The notes under the pieces are model-generated. The model worked only from the letters and a program-made list of their open reading frames with translations, did not search any database and was not told where the DNA came from. DNA of 63,424 nt, the filler included, from Klebsormidium nitens (Eukaryota; Plantae; Klebsormidiophyceae), in the NCBI GenBank assembly GCA_000708835.1. It is 5 parts of 5 records of this genome, joined end to end, with 100 filler letters (N's around TTAATTAATTAA, not from the genome) between each part and the next. Parts side by side here need not be neighbours in the genome. Positions count along the whole stretch, not along the records: positions 1 to 31,191 come from DF237762.1; 4 more parts are not named here. One strand, written 5' to 3'. Below, one piece after another: positions 1-12,400 of the stretch (position 1 is the first letter of the stretch; the number at the start of each line of letters is the position of its first letter). The translations under genes were made by a program, and so were the position numbers.

Positions 1-42
1 GAAGTAGACAGGCAGCGTGTAACCCTGTCCAACCGTCACAAC

Positions 43-3000
43 ATGGAAAACTGGTTGCAATCAGAGCATGAGTGCCGAATGGCAAGAGGCAAGCGCCGCA
101 GGTCGGTGAAAGCTGCAGCAATGGAAGCAAAAGCGAAGGAAGCTGCCAAGAGAAAGCGGCAACCGCGAGTGGATGAGTATGTTGCAGCTAAGAAGGCAAG
201 GAGACAGAGCCAGGAGTTGGCAAAAAGAGCTGCCCACCTTCGTCGTGAAAAGCAGAAGAAGATGTTCCGCAGCTTTCCGCATGAGGAGGATCATATTCAT
301 GCAGCCACTGCTGACAATTACAAAGCTGGCCGACGAGCATACCAGGTATGTAACTTCTGAACTGCTGCATTGTGGCAAGTTAGTCGTATGCTCTGCTCTT
401 CTTCCTTCTTTAAGTTGGAGCCCATTGACCTGTCTGTGCATTTGCTGTGTTTGTATAGTAAAAGCAGTCACTCAATGCGAGGCCATGAAAAGCAGTCACT
501 CATTACTAGCTGTTGTTCTCCTGAGACGATCGGTGCTTTGGATCCCAGGGATGAAAAAGTGGTGCTTGAAAGGCAATACGTGCAGTACTGTCCACACTCT
601 CTCGAGATTCATATTAGGGGGTTTATTATTAACTAACACACCCTTCTTGCTTTCCAGAGGTTCTTTCAGCAGCGGGACGGCGTCAGGTATGCTGACATCA
701 CCGCCGAAGGAGTGCGCACCTTTTTCAAGGAAACACCGTGCAACGTGAGGACACGATCTAGTTCGAATACAGCCCACAAGTATGCACTCAAAGCTGACTC
801 TAGCCTGGCAGTATCAGTTTGTTTCAAATACTGGTTCGCAGCCCAGGTCATGCCTGGTAGTCACGCTGGGCACATCTTGCTTTTACATTATTGCTTGTTG
901 CGTCCAGGTCCTGCTTTGCAAAGATGCTGCCCATGTTCTGGCATGCTCACTTTCATTCTTAGAAAGGCTTTGCAAACACACTCGACTGTAATCCTTTTAT
1001 GCAGAAACCACCGACGCTTGACAAGTACGCCCGGGGATTGCAGTGGACCCTTCACCACCTCTGGTTGTGTGGGGGCAAGCAAGGTCCTAAGCCTAACTCG
1101 CGGGCATTTCCGGAGGTCAAAGAGAAATTGAAGACTGAAAAGAAAGACACTGCGAGGAGACGAGAGGAGTAAGGCCTTGGCTTTTTGCATGATCAACTAG
1201 TAGGATTCTAATCCATGTGTTCTGAATACGAAAAGACACTGGTACAAGTTTTTGGGACGAGTTCCTTGGCAGCAGAATCTTCCTGGCCTCTGCCCTTTCC
1301 TTGTAGATGCCTCGAGTTTGCTCCATTGCTTCTTTTGCAAACCTTGCAGTACGTCAGGATGCGAGCGTGACAGCAACAACAAGCTTGGTGCAAGTGCTTG
1401 AAACTCTCTGTACCCAAATCTGTTGTCTGCTTGTCCATGTAGCATTCGCTAGATTAGTCGTTGTCATAAGTTATGCTTGAACTTATTGAACTGTTCCCGA
1501 TGACAATGTTCTGTTTCTGCAGGGAGCAGGTAGACAAGCATGACGAGTTGACGGACCAGCTTTCCCCGGAGGAGTGGGAGCAATTTCAAAGGCTCCAGCT
1601 TGAGTATGCGTCGCTGTCAAAGGAAGAGTTGCGGGGCACAGGGACCACCCCTGTTGGGTTCCTTCAAGCATGGTAAGTTGTGAGAATGTGAAGAAGAGTT
1701 GTGTTTGATGCTTATGGTACGCCAATACCTTAGAAAGGTAAAGATCAGCCAGAATAGATTGCTCAGACCTTCTCATTGCTTATGCTTAATGCCTGCTTTG
1801 AATGCTCAGACTTCTCGTTGAGGGTCGCATCAGATATAATGCGCAAGGTTGCTAGCTCGTCCGCAACCAGGCCACCTTCTTCAGAGCTGTTGAAGTCCTA
1901 ATTGTCGGCTGCGTCCAAATGCGGGGCGGATAACCTGCACCTCTACAACATGATGCTGCGGAGCAAGACAACACGAGTGACGCAGTGGTCAGACCAGGCG
2001 TCCCGCATCGAGCCAATGGTTGGGCCGTCGACGGGCTACACTCACGACCTGATCAGCGACAACGCCAAGCACAATGACGTAAGTCACCCGAACTTGCTAT
2101 TTCTGAAGAGCAAGTTGTAATCGCTTCGCAAATCATGCATATGCTGCAGGTTCGACACCTTAAGGAAAGAACGTGAAATACGTTGTCGTAAACTTCAGTT
2201 CACTCTCGTGTTGCCGTCCAGAGTATGTGAAGAGGCGTCACATCGCTGTTGTTTGTGAAGTTTGCCAATGAACGATTATGCTTTCTTCTCTTCCAGAACG
2301 GACGAATCGAGGTGCACTCTACGTTGAGGCACCGGAGTCCCCTGTTCGACCCTCGCTTTGCACGTCTCTGCCACCTTTTCTACTTGTGGGAGCGGACAAG
2401 AAAGAAGCAACTCAAGGTCGGGGACAAAAGCTGGTAAGTCCATTCTAAAAGATTTTACAGTCCGCATCGAATGGGGTTCAAGCTTTTGTTGAGTTCTGCT
2501 CAGCCAGATTGCGGGGAAATTTGAGAACCCGAAGTTGTGGAGAGTCTCCGAGCAGCTGGTCGGGGTGATGCCCCGGGCTGTAGTAACTATCGACACAATC
2601 GACTTGGAGTATCGATATTACCTGAGACCAGTTCTGATGGTCGGGGCCCTGTCTCAAGTGCCTTTGAACTTGTTGTAGTGACGTTTTCTGGTGTGCCATG
2701 CATTTCGTTGTGATCTGAAGAGTTGCCAAGTGGTCGGAACATTCCCCCGAGCTGGTTCCGTAGCTGCCCTAATGCTTTTTGCCAGGCACAGTCAGCTCGG
2801 TCAGGCCGGACCAGATTCTACATCAAGATAAGCAGTAATCATCATATCCTAGAACTTTTAGAGCTTGTTTTGACATTCCGTTTGTAGGCAAAGGGAGGTC
2901 GTCTCGCCAGGAGCGAAGGGCCCCACCAAGGGACGGTGCGCTGCTACACAAGCGCGATACATACGCGTCCTTCAGAAGAAGTTGAGCATTCGTTCGAGGA

Positions 3001-5945
3001 AGGTGACACACTTCGGGCGGAAGCAAGGGATCAAGTGGCTCGTGAAGTCCGGGTGAGTCTTCTACTTCAAGACTTTCAGTAGGGTTATCTGCTCTTGACC
3101 AACCTTTAACCATCTCCTAACCCTTTCGGAGCATGGATTGCCTATGCTTTCATGCTTCTAAGTATTTGCGCGTCTTGGACGTGTTTCCTTCAAAAGCAGG
3201 TTCTGATTGGTAATTGGGCAGTCTTACTTGATTGCTGTTGCGAATAGGTGGTCCTGAGACTGCTTGGAGGAGTCTGGTCAGGGGATTCCTATCTTCCTGG
3301 TTGTAACGCCGTTACTAAAACCGGAAATCTGCATTGGCACAGGATTCCGCTGGTCGACGTACCGAAGGCGGCCAAGTTTGCGCAACATGTGCTCAACAAG
3401 CACTTCAACATGTCGTACGCGGACGACACCCCGCTGAGCGTGCAACTGGCCATGGCAGGCTTTCCGGAGGAACTTTCGGGCGGGGAACTTCCTCGACGGG
3501 TATCGGATCCCGCGGTGAGCGTTTTAATGCCTCCTTTGCAAAGGCCAATGCAGAGTAGGAGTATGCTCTTATGCTTCCTGTCTTGCCAAGTTCCTTGCTG
3601 TTTAAAACGTACTTTCTGTTTGAACATTGTATCGTAAGTCATTCGACGTGTCGTTGCTGAAAATTGATTGCCGTTCCGCCACGGAGGGCTGTTGAGCGTC
3701 TTGGTTCGTGAATTTCTTTCGCATGAACTTCCTCCGAAATGAGGATAGCCTTGCGAGCCCGACCTTGTTGCCTTTGCTCGAAACGAATAATGGCAATTGA
3801 AAGTGTATTCTGATTGGAACTGTATGCTGAATCTGCTATTCGTTCTTGCAGAGAGCATGCGGAAGTGGACAAGGAGGGGGTCAAGGAACTTCTGGACGAC
3901 ATGCTGCCCTGGATTGATAAACAGTACGAGAAAGCCAAGAAGGTAGGCCCCGCATCGTGCACCTGTTCTTATCGCTAGAGGTGCGGAGATACTGAAGTGC
4001 AGCTTGACGTAAAGATTCTTGTTCAGAACACGCTCACTTGATCGGAGCCAGAGTTGTGTTCAATCGTTTACTGATTTTTGTGCGAAACTGAACTGACTGG
4101 TTCCGAGTTCTAATTTCTGTACCCGAGTCACATGCACGCCGCCTGCCTTGAGGAACCGTTTAAGATGACTTGCTTCTGATGGAGTGTCGGACGTCCAATT
4201 GTGCAGCGCAATGAAACCGCCCGGTACAAGGCCGACCGTGACGTCACGGAGGAAGGAGTCTTGCACTACCTCCACGTGGGCAAGTTGCTCTTCCTGCAAG
4301 ACGCCGCCTGCATCCAAGACCAGTTTATCGACCTGCCCATCTTTCAAATGAAGGTGTTCTCGTCTCCGCATTGGGACCCGTACAAGAAGGCCATCCTCGC
4401 GGCGGAAGCGGAGCCGGACAGCGTTCTTCCGCCACGGAAGGATGTGCCGGTAAGCACTGATCACATGCAAATTCGTCAGATCTGATTGCTTCTACGCTCT
4501 CCGATCGGTCCGCGCCCCAATGCAAACTGTTGGCGTCATCAGTGTGCGCGATCTTGCCTGGACGTGAATTTGCTGACGTCATCCGCTACCTTATTCAATT
4601 GTCGAGTCTTCTCAAGCGCTCCATATGGCCGGGATCCTGACAATCCTGACAATTTCCGTACTGTGACCGCTGGCAACAAGTCCGATCGCAACCGAACTTA
4701 ATGAGACTCTGTTTTGTTCGTTCGTGCAGTCCCGCATTTTAGAGGTGGTTGGGCGCTTGAGCGCTGAGACTGCATCGATGAAAGAGGCGATGCACGGCGT
4801 TCAAAGTGACATGGCTCTTCTTCGACGGGGAACAGGAGAGGTCGGTCTCCAAGTTGTGGGCCTCCGTCACCTGGTGGAACAATCTGTGTTGGGCGGGCGA
4901 ACTGCAACAGCTGGTACGGACGGCGTCCCGGCGGGAGCTGGAGGCGGTCCGGCGGAAGCAGGGTCCGCAGGCGAAGCGGAAGCAGGAGCAGCGGCGGCAC
5001 CGGGGTGTACAACCGAGCGGGAACACAGGCTCGAACAGGAGGGTTGGGAGCTCCGTGCGCAGTTGGCTTTCTACCAGGCCTACTATGCCCCCGGATCGGG
5101 TGGGGCTGCGGAGCCCGGGGAGGGTGCGGAGGCCGGTGGTCCTGCCGTTGGAGGCCAGCGCGCACGTGATGGCGCCCCGGCGGATTCAGGGATCGCACAG
5201 CGACTCGCTGACGAGCTGCGTGCACGCGCAAGAGTTCGGCAAGCGGCAGACGCGGTAAGGTCGGAGGTTCAGGGGGGCAGATATTGGCACCGACCGGGGC
5301 ACCCCTCGGGAGCTCCGGAGCGAGGAGCACCGGAGAGCTTTCCCCAGGGAAGAACACAAGGCGGGCAGGCTGGCCGGGAGGCTGTGAGCGAGGGTCAACC
5401 GGGGGCTGCGCGAGGCGGTCAAGAGATTGGAAGGGGGCAGCCGGGGGTGGTCGCCGGGGCTGGTCCGCACGACGGCACGGCTGCTTGGGGAGTCCAACCG
5501 GGGGGCACTCGGCCGAGCACCTGCCGTGGCGAGGCTTCTGCCGACCGGCCTAGCACCTCCGGGAGGGGTTCCGGGTCTCACGGGGCTCGGTCGGGGGACA
5601 GTGCGCCGGGAAACAGGTCACATGCCAATGTCGGACGGGGCGGTGCCACTGATCCAGATGACGAGGAAAATGAAGAGGACCCGGGAAAGTTCTATCGAGA
5701 AGGGGGCTACCCGTGGCCACAGGTTGTTACCGTGGGGGATGCTTGGAAGGATCGAGTGGAGTTTTGGACTAGAGAATCATCCGTCTATCATGCAACTAGA
5801 GGAGGAGAGGAAGTTGTTTCCCGGCAGCAATTGGCGAAACGGAAAGGCTCATAGCAAAAGGTTTTTTGAGAAGAAAGAGCTTGCCGAGTATATATTGAAT
5901 TTTCAAAAGGAGAAGGGGTTGAGGTCCGCAGATGCCGCAGTCTGA
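43..5945 (+). mobile_element. CryptonF-type tyrosine recombinase transposase gene (YR/NDC10 domain II + C-terminal GCR1_C-like domain), 11 exons, apparently disrupted
   Basis: GT-AG exons 43-345, 658-744, 1005-1168, 1523-1672, ~1856-2078, 2297-2433, 2888-3052, 3343-3514, ~3856-3942, 4207-4449, 4730-5945. Junctions are phase-compatible; the 1856 and 3856 acceptors are the least certain. Spliced motifs: DNLHLYNMMLRSKTTR (first catalytic R), DNAKHND/NGRIEVHSTLRHRS (K), RKVTHFGRKQG (HxxR), NMSYADDTPLSVQLAMAGF (Y), LPWID, LFLQDAA..LPIFQMKVF, and C-terminal EWSFGLENHPSIMQLE..WRNGKAHSKRFFEKK. In-frame TAA at 1899-1901 and a frameshift near 5750. Confidence 0.85.
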
Positions 5946-7750
5946 GTTGATAGAAAAGCGGTACTCGAGTGCTCGAAAACTAGTGACAGAAATTGCAAAG
6001 CTAAAAAGGATTGAAAAAGCTGCAGCAACTGCAAATGGGCTATAGATAGCGGGTATTTATTTGACAATGTTGCATCGACTAATTGTTTGTTAAGCTGCTC
6101 TAGATTATATATGATTTTGAAGCCCGGACGTTCTTCATGATGGATCTTGCAAAAAACCTGCCATTGACGTCATATGAGATACCAAATTATAGTCTTGACT
6201 CTTTACCCTTGGCTCTCAGTCTCCGATCAAATTCTAGCGATACATAATACATTAAACCACTTGATGCATGTACATTTTATGTCGTGCAATATATGTACAG
6301 GCTGAGTCGCGTCGGGCCTGAATCTAGACCGCAAGTGAAACGAGAGAAAAATTACATTCACCTCACTCGGAAAGCATGCATGAAATACATGCTCAATTTG
6401 TAAGTTTGGTGTAGCTATAGTACTAAAATTGGCATGCCAGAATGAACCCGCGGGCTCAAGTACAATCATTCTGTACTTAGTTCAATGGTGTCGTCGATCA
6501 TCATGTATGAACGACAAGGGCGAATTGTTCCGGCAAGGCTGAAAGCAGTAAAAGGCAGGCTGGAGCCTGGAAGCTGGGAGCCTGCAAGACTGCTAGTCTC
6601 CGAGTCTATATAAGTCTAGCTATTGTCACTGAGTTGCACGATTTGCTGCCACCAGACTGCCGTCGATGACTCACAAAGCTTGCATCTGACGGTGCAAGTG
6701 TTGTCCATTTATCTCGCCGATCCCGATCGGCACGCGTACCGGGACGTGTTCCATCTGAAGTATGAGTATGAAGGAAGACATTTTGCCTCGTGCGAGTGCT
6801 CGGAGCTAAATTCCGCATTTCTAGGCAGCCAGCTCATGCGGCGGCCGGCCTGCCACGTACTGTGCTGAGCTGTCATTAAACTTATAAGCGGCTGCAGTGT
6901 CGATAAGCGACGAGGCCAGACCAAGTGATTGCATAGGGTATTTGCTAAAGCTGGTACTACGTTGCCTTACATGCCGAACCTATGTATCCGGTACATACCC
7001 GGTGGGTATGGGGATAGTGCCGCAACAGGGGGTCCACAGGTCAGAAGCGAGGATCGGAAATGGAGGACCGGTACCCTGTCCGCAGAGCGGTCCCCAAGTG
7101 GGGAAGGACTATGTCCTCACGCGGCGGGCCGTGTTGCGATCTAGCTATGAGATCACTTTCCGTTTCCGTTTCAATCAATTTCCGTTTCCGAAAAAGCAGA
7201 TTCCGAATGCTTCTTTGGAGTTTCCAACTTTCCGAATGCAAATAATTATTTATTTACGGAATCATTGCTCATGGACCTATTTGCGGTCTACATCCCTACC
7301 AAAAGTCGACGCCCGCTAGTTAGACATATCCTAGTTAGAAAAAATCCTATGGATACACCCTTCGGGCTGTAAAATCTGAGGTTAATAGTTGTTTTTGGAT
7401 GTGGGCCGTTGGATGGTGCGGATGTCAGCAAACTCAAATTGCGGACCATCGATTCGTCTGTTCTTGACGATTTTCTTGATTCTTTTAGTAATTGAGCCTG
7501 GGTACATAGATCTCAAATGGATTTGTGGGTGTACACGAAGAAGTTCAGACCGGAAGTCTTGAATTTGGGCACGTGAATTTGAGCGGAAATTTTATAATAC
7601 CCACAATCTCGGCAGATTAGACACCGGGCCTCTGGCGCAAGGTAGCCCATCGACCGGGACAAAACATGGATTGGAAACTCACCGACTTTGCGGTGCCAAT
7701 GATTGGCACAGCTTGTACTCCCACTACGTGTAACAGACTGTACCTTGTAC

Positions 7751-8507
7751 ATGTTCTCTTTTCAAACGCCGTAGCCACATGGGCCATAGGCTTCCATGGC
7801 ATACATGGGAATTGTTTGGGTCTTGAACGTCCAGCTACCTAACCAAATCAAAGTGCGTACACTGAATTAGTCACCGAACCTAGTCTAACAACAGCTTACC
7901 GGATTACAACTGAACTTGCCAGTGGCGTGCTAGTCAAAGCAACCGTGATTCCGCTAGCTACTTGTCGCCTACATCCCTGAGTGAAATTGAGGTTGTTGAT
8001 GGGACCTTACCGGAATTCTCGCACGCGCAACGCATGACCCAGGTTTCACATTTTTTCACGTTCCCTAGTTCCAATAATCTGCTAGCCAATATGGTAGCCC
8101 GACAGTGTAGCAATCTCGCTAGCGCAGGTTTCTCATGAGACCACGGAAAAGCTGCTGCTAGGAGCTAGGTTTGGACTAACGTAGCCCCTTTGAGATTGGT
8201 AGGGTAGTTAGGCGTTCGAACCTCAAACATCAAGTCCCATGTATGCCATGGAAGCCTATGGCCCATGTGGCTAGGCATCGTGTCAAAACATTTCTGCAGT
8301 CGCGTCCGGAACTCCGAAAATAAAACCGGCCACCAGCCCCCCCTCCTCCTCAGAATGCCCAGATTTAACTAGGGGTAAATGTTGCCCCTAGATGTTGCCC
8401 CCACCGGCCTCCAGCCCCCCCCCCACGAGGGCCAATTTCCGGAGTTCCGGACGCCCTTGCACATGTGTTCTGACACGATGCCCTATGGCGTTTTGAAAAG
8501 AGAACAT
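7751..8507. mobile_element. Non-autonomous inverted-repeat element (MITE-like)
   Basis: Perfect 39-bp inverted repeat at 7772-7810 and 8235-8273. Imperfect complementarity extends inward to ~7890/8160 and outward to 7751/8507. The right arm is split by the 8274-8482 insertion. Confidence 0.7.
8274..8482. mobile_element. 209-bp MITE nested in the right arm of the outer element, 3-bp TSD CTA
   Basis: TIRs GGCATCGTGTCA.../...TGACACGATGCC (~43 bp, imperfect). CTA is duplicated at 8271-8273 and 8483-8485. Removing the insert restores the complement of the outer left arm. Confidence 0.75.
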
Positions 8508-9459
8508 CATACCTTGGTAGTACGGTACATTCGAAGTTGTTCAAATCTATAACAAAATTCAAAATGTGAAGGACTCTTGTCCATCTTCAATCCATCATCC
8601 AATCATTGGCCATAGCCCAATATAACTTGAAAGCGAGACGTGCAAAGCATCAGAGCTTTCACGCAGTGTGCCATTGGATTAATCTTGGTGCATGGCGGCG
8701 CATCAAAACGCAGAGCCCCCGCTCATGCGCCACCGCGCGCATCACTACATACGCTCTTTCCCCGCGAGAAATCCTTAGGAATCAAGCCATGAGTTCATAA
8801 GTCGCGGCTTAAGTTGTACGTACACTGCATGAGCTACAATGGATGCCAGAAAGTGCATGTTGTGTTAGTAGCTTACTAACACGCATGCATGTGAGGGATG
8901 CACGTGACGGCGTTTCCAAGCAGACAGGTATGGTACTGAGAGGTAGCCCTACTCATTAATCGGATAATCATGCGAGCGCTTTTAAACGGGGTGTTCATGA
9001 CGTCGAAAGAGCATTCTCAGCCGCAATGTCAATCAGCTCATATATATTGATTAATCGCGATAAACATATAAGTGAGCCAATTCATTTGACAGAATCTGAT
9101 GCACACACTTGCTTCGAGCACGACTGCAGGAGCTTGTAAATCCGGCCTGAACAATCATTAACAAAAGCGAGCAACTTGTGCATTTTAATGAGTTGTCGTG
9201 GCTCTCCTATGCAAAATACCCTTGTCCGCGATTAAGGCAAAACCTTCGTGACAGCACGATCTCCTCAGGAGTACTTCACAAACAAATAGAAAACTCCTGC
9301 CGACCGTCCAATCCTAATTCTTGAAGACCAGAGGACGTAAATTACAAAGAATTGAACACCATCAAAATTTACAACATCTAGGAACTGAAATCTTAAAGCA
9401 GGCCCGCTGGCTAAATTCGTGATCTCATCTCTAAAGTGACTCTGTCCGCTGTAGAACAG

Positions 9460-12400
9460 TCAATTGCTACCCTTTCCTTTCTGGTATACACCCCAGATGT
9501 TCGTAGCTACCCCTAGGATTGACACCGTCGCCCCAACGGCAAGCAGCGACCAGGCCGACCTGTTGTGCGACACCCTCGTGACGGCCCCATCCGTTCTCAA
9601 AGCAACTAGACCGGGCAGAATAAACCCTATGATAACGGCCGCGGTGGACCCCGTGAATTGGAAGGCGACCCAAATGTTGGGCACCATTATCGACCCAAAC
9701 ACAGCAAAAGCCAATATGCCACACGTAAGAACGATAAACCGGACATGCTCGAAGCGGTTCGTTTCGCCGAAAATGACCGCGTCAAGGATATTACGCACCG
9801 CGAACACAATGAGCGGGAAGGTCAGCACGAGCGTGACCACGTAACCCAGCCTAACCGCGCTGGTTAGGATAACCACGTGGTGGATGATCTTCGAGATGTC
9901 GCGGTCGAAGTTTTGGAGGATGTCGGTAGACGTCGCATCGCCGAACAGCGTGTACGCAGCGCAGGAAAAGAGGACGTAGGAGAAGCCAACGACGTAGACG
10001 GAGTTGGTCACGACGACGCGCATCTTCTCCTTGGACGGCGACCGCAGCTCGCGGTAGATGGGAAAGACTGCGGGAGGATAGGGCAAAGGTCAAAACAAGA
10101 AACGGAAGAACAATGCCGGACCACGGAGTCTGGAAGCTCGATGCGCTCGTTTTCCTGGACGTCTGAAGTAGCCAGCATAAAGAAGACGTGAGTAGAGAGC
10201 GAGGTAAACGACAAGACTTGCGGTTGACTCTGCGACAGTCAAAAGGCGGACTCAAAAGCGAGAGGAAGAAGATGATGGGTCCACTTTTCCTAACGACGTT
10301 TTTCAAAATGTAATGATTGGCAGGTTGGAAGAGATCCGCCGGCTCAAGAGCAGAACGAGAGAATTCACTATTGGCCTCGCTGATTGCTGCATCGAGTTTC
10401 TCAATTCAGGCGTTGGCAGAGCTTCTCGGCAACACGGAGGCAGCGATATACGAGAAACGGGGCCCGAATGACGGCTTGTTGGCTAAGCGAAGTAACTCGA
10501 GAGTATCAGGCGGCAGCACAACAAAGGTTGAAAACCGCAATACTATGCCACGATGAACCCTTCTCCGTGGGGGTCTTAGATGGGTGAAAATGCGAACTGC
10601 CTGCGGCAACTACGAAGCGGGAGAGCAACCAGGAAAAGCAAAAGCTTGGGAGTACGAGTGAAGCAAAATCGGCTAGAGTCACAACCGCTTCTGACGCATT
10701 GTGACACTGAGAACGGCGCCGTTTCTCACCATTGTAGTGGCAGATAAACGCGTTAGCCACAACGGGAAGGATGGAGAAGAATGTGAATAGACCCGTCCCC
10801 TCGGGCAGCCAGCGGGGCATCGTGGCTTGGCCCTGGTAAACTCTGACCCCTGCCAGGTAGACGGTCGTGCACACCGCCAGGAGCGCGAGTGTGACCGAGA
10901 GAGCGCTCGTAAAGCTGAGCGCATCTGCGAGAAGGTAGAAAATAGCGGATCGGACGGTCGGAATAGTTCGAAGAAAAAGGAGGCCACTTCCCACTTAATT
11001 CTGACCCCTGCCACGTAGAGGGTCGTACATACCGTCAGGAGCGCAAGTGTGACCGACAGCGCGCTCGTAAAGCTAAGCGCATCTGCGGCAAGATAGAAGG
11101 ACAGGATCAGACAAAAGAGATAATCTGGACGGTAAAATATCTTGGCAAGGAGGAAGGAGATTTTCGGATACTTGAGGTAAACGGTCGTGCAAACCGTTGG
11201 GAGTGTAAGTGTTACTGAGAGAGCGCTTGTAAAGCAGAGTGCATCTTCGAAGAAGATTGAAAAAGCATTTCAGACGATCGGAGGTTTTCTAAAATAAGAA
11301 AGGTAGACTTTTGAACCTTCAGATGGACGGTTGTGTACACGGCCAGGAGCGCGAGCGTGACCGACAGCGCGCTCGCAAACTTAAGCGCATCTGGCGCAGG
11401 ATAGAAGGACAGGATCGGACAGAAAGAGACTTTTGGGCGGTCAGAAAAAGTGGAGATGAGGAAGGCAGCAATTCAAAAATGGAAATAGACGGTCGTGCAC
11501 ACGGCCAGGAGCACGAACGTGGTCGAGAGAGCGCTCGTGAAGCTAAGCGCATCTGCGGGAAGGTAGGAAGAACGAATCAGAGGGTTGGAAAACCTTTAGC
11601 TATGAGAACGTCAGGGTTCTCATGAATCCAGGTCGTCCAGGAGCGCCAGCGGGACGGTGGAAGCACAGGATTGGACGGCCGGAAAAGCATTTGAGAGAAG
11701 GAAGGTAGACTCCCAACTCCACGGGTAGACACTCGTGCAGACAGCTGGGAGTGCGAATGTCACCAGAGGGCGCTCGTGAAGCTCAGCGCATCCGCGGGTG
11801 GTGAGAGAAAGGATGGAAGGGTCAGAAAACTTCAAAAAAAAAAACGGGAGGGGGGTTTCGATTGATCCAGGTAGACGGTCGTACATACTGCCCTAAATTA
11901 CGTCTTGTAGGATGGATATGTAAGGCTTGAGGTCCTTAAAGAAATGCGGGGATGACTTTAAATCTCTGCAATGTAGACGGTGTTACAAAATGCTAAACCG
12001 CAAGAAGGACCCGACAGGGCGCTTCGCGATGGGCAGTGGAAAGTGTAGAAAAAGTTTGGGAGGAAGCCGAAGGGTAGGCTTTGGCACCCGACAGGCAGAC
12101 CGTCGAGGACAATGCTAAAAGTGCGAGCGTGGCCAAACAGAGCAACCTCGCCGTTTCCTATCACCCTCAAAACCCTTTACTAATTAATAGCTGAATGGCA
12201 AATTGCGACCGTCTTGAGCCTTCGAGGGACATTAGTGCTGGATCCAGTATGGCAGAAGCAGCTTCTGTGGTATCAAAACAAGCCGCAAGGTCAAAGGAAC
12301 CGAGTCTTCGTCAAGAAGAAAGAATCAACCAAGCTCCGGGAAGATAGGGTAAAGAGAAGCCCAAGCACCTCGCAGGCTCGCTCAATACAAGCGGTCCTTC

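Noticed and set aside
2297-2433. DPRFARLCHLFYLW first suggested a Cid1/TRF4-type nucleotidyltransferase
   Set aside because: The flanking exons supply the tyrosine-recombinase R/K/HxxR/Y motifs and the segment fits the Crypton RH...FY.W block; no GS/DxD triad was found.
4698-5581. Long minus-strand and alternative-frame ORFs over the last Crypton exon
   Set aside because: Shadow ORFs of GC-rich, low-complexity coding sequence.
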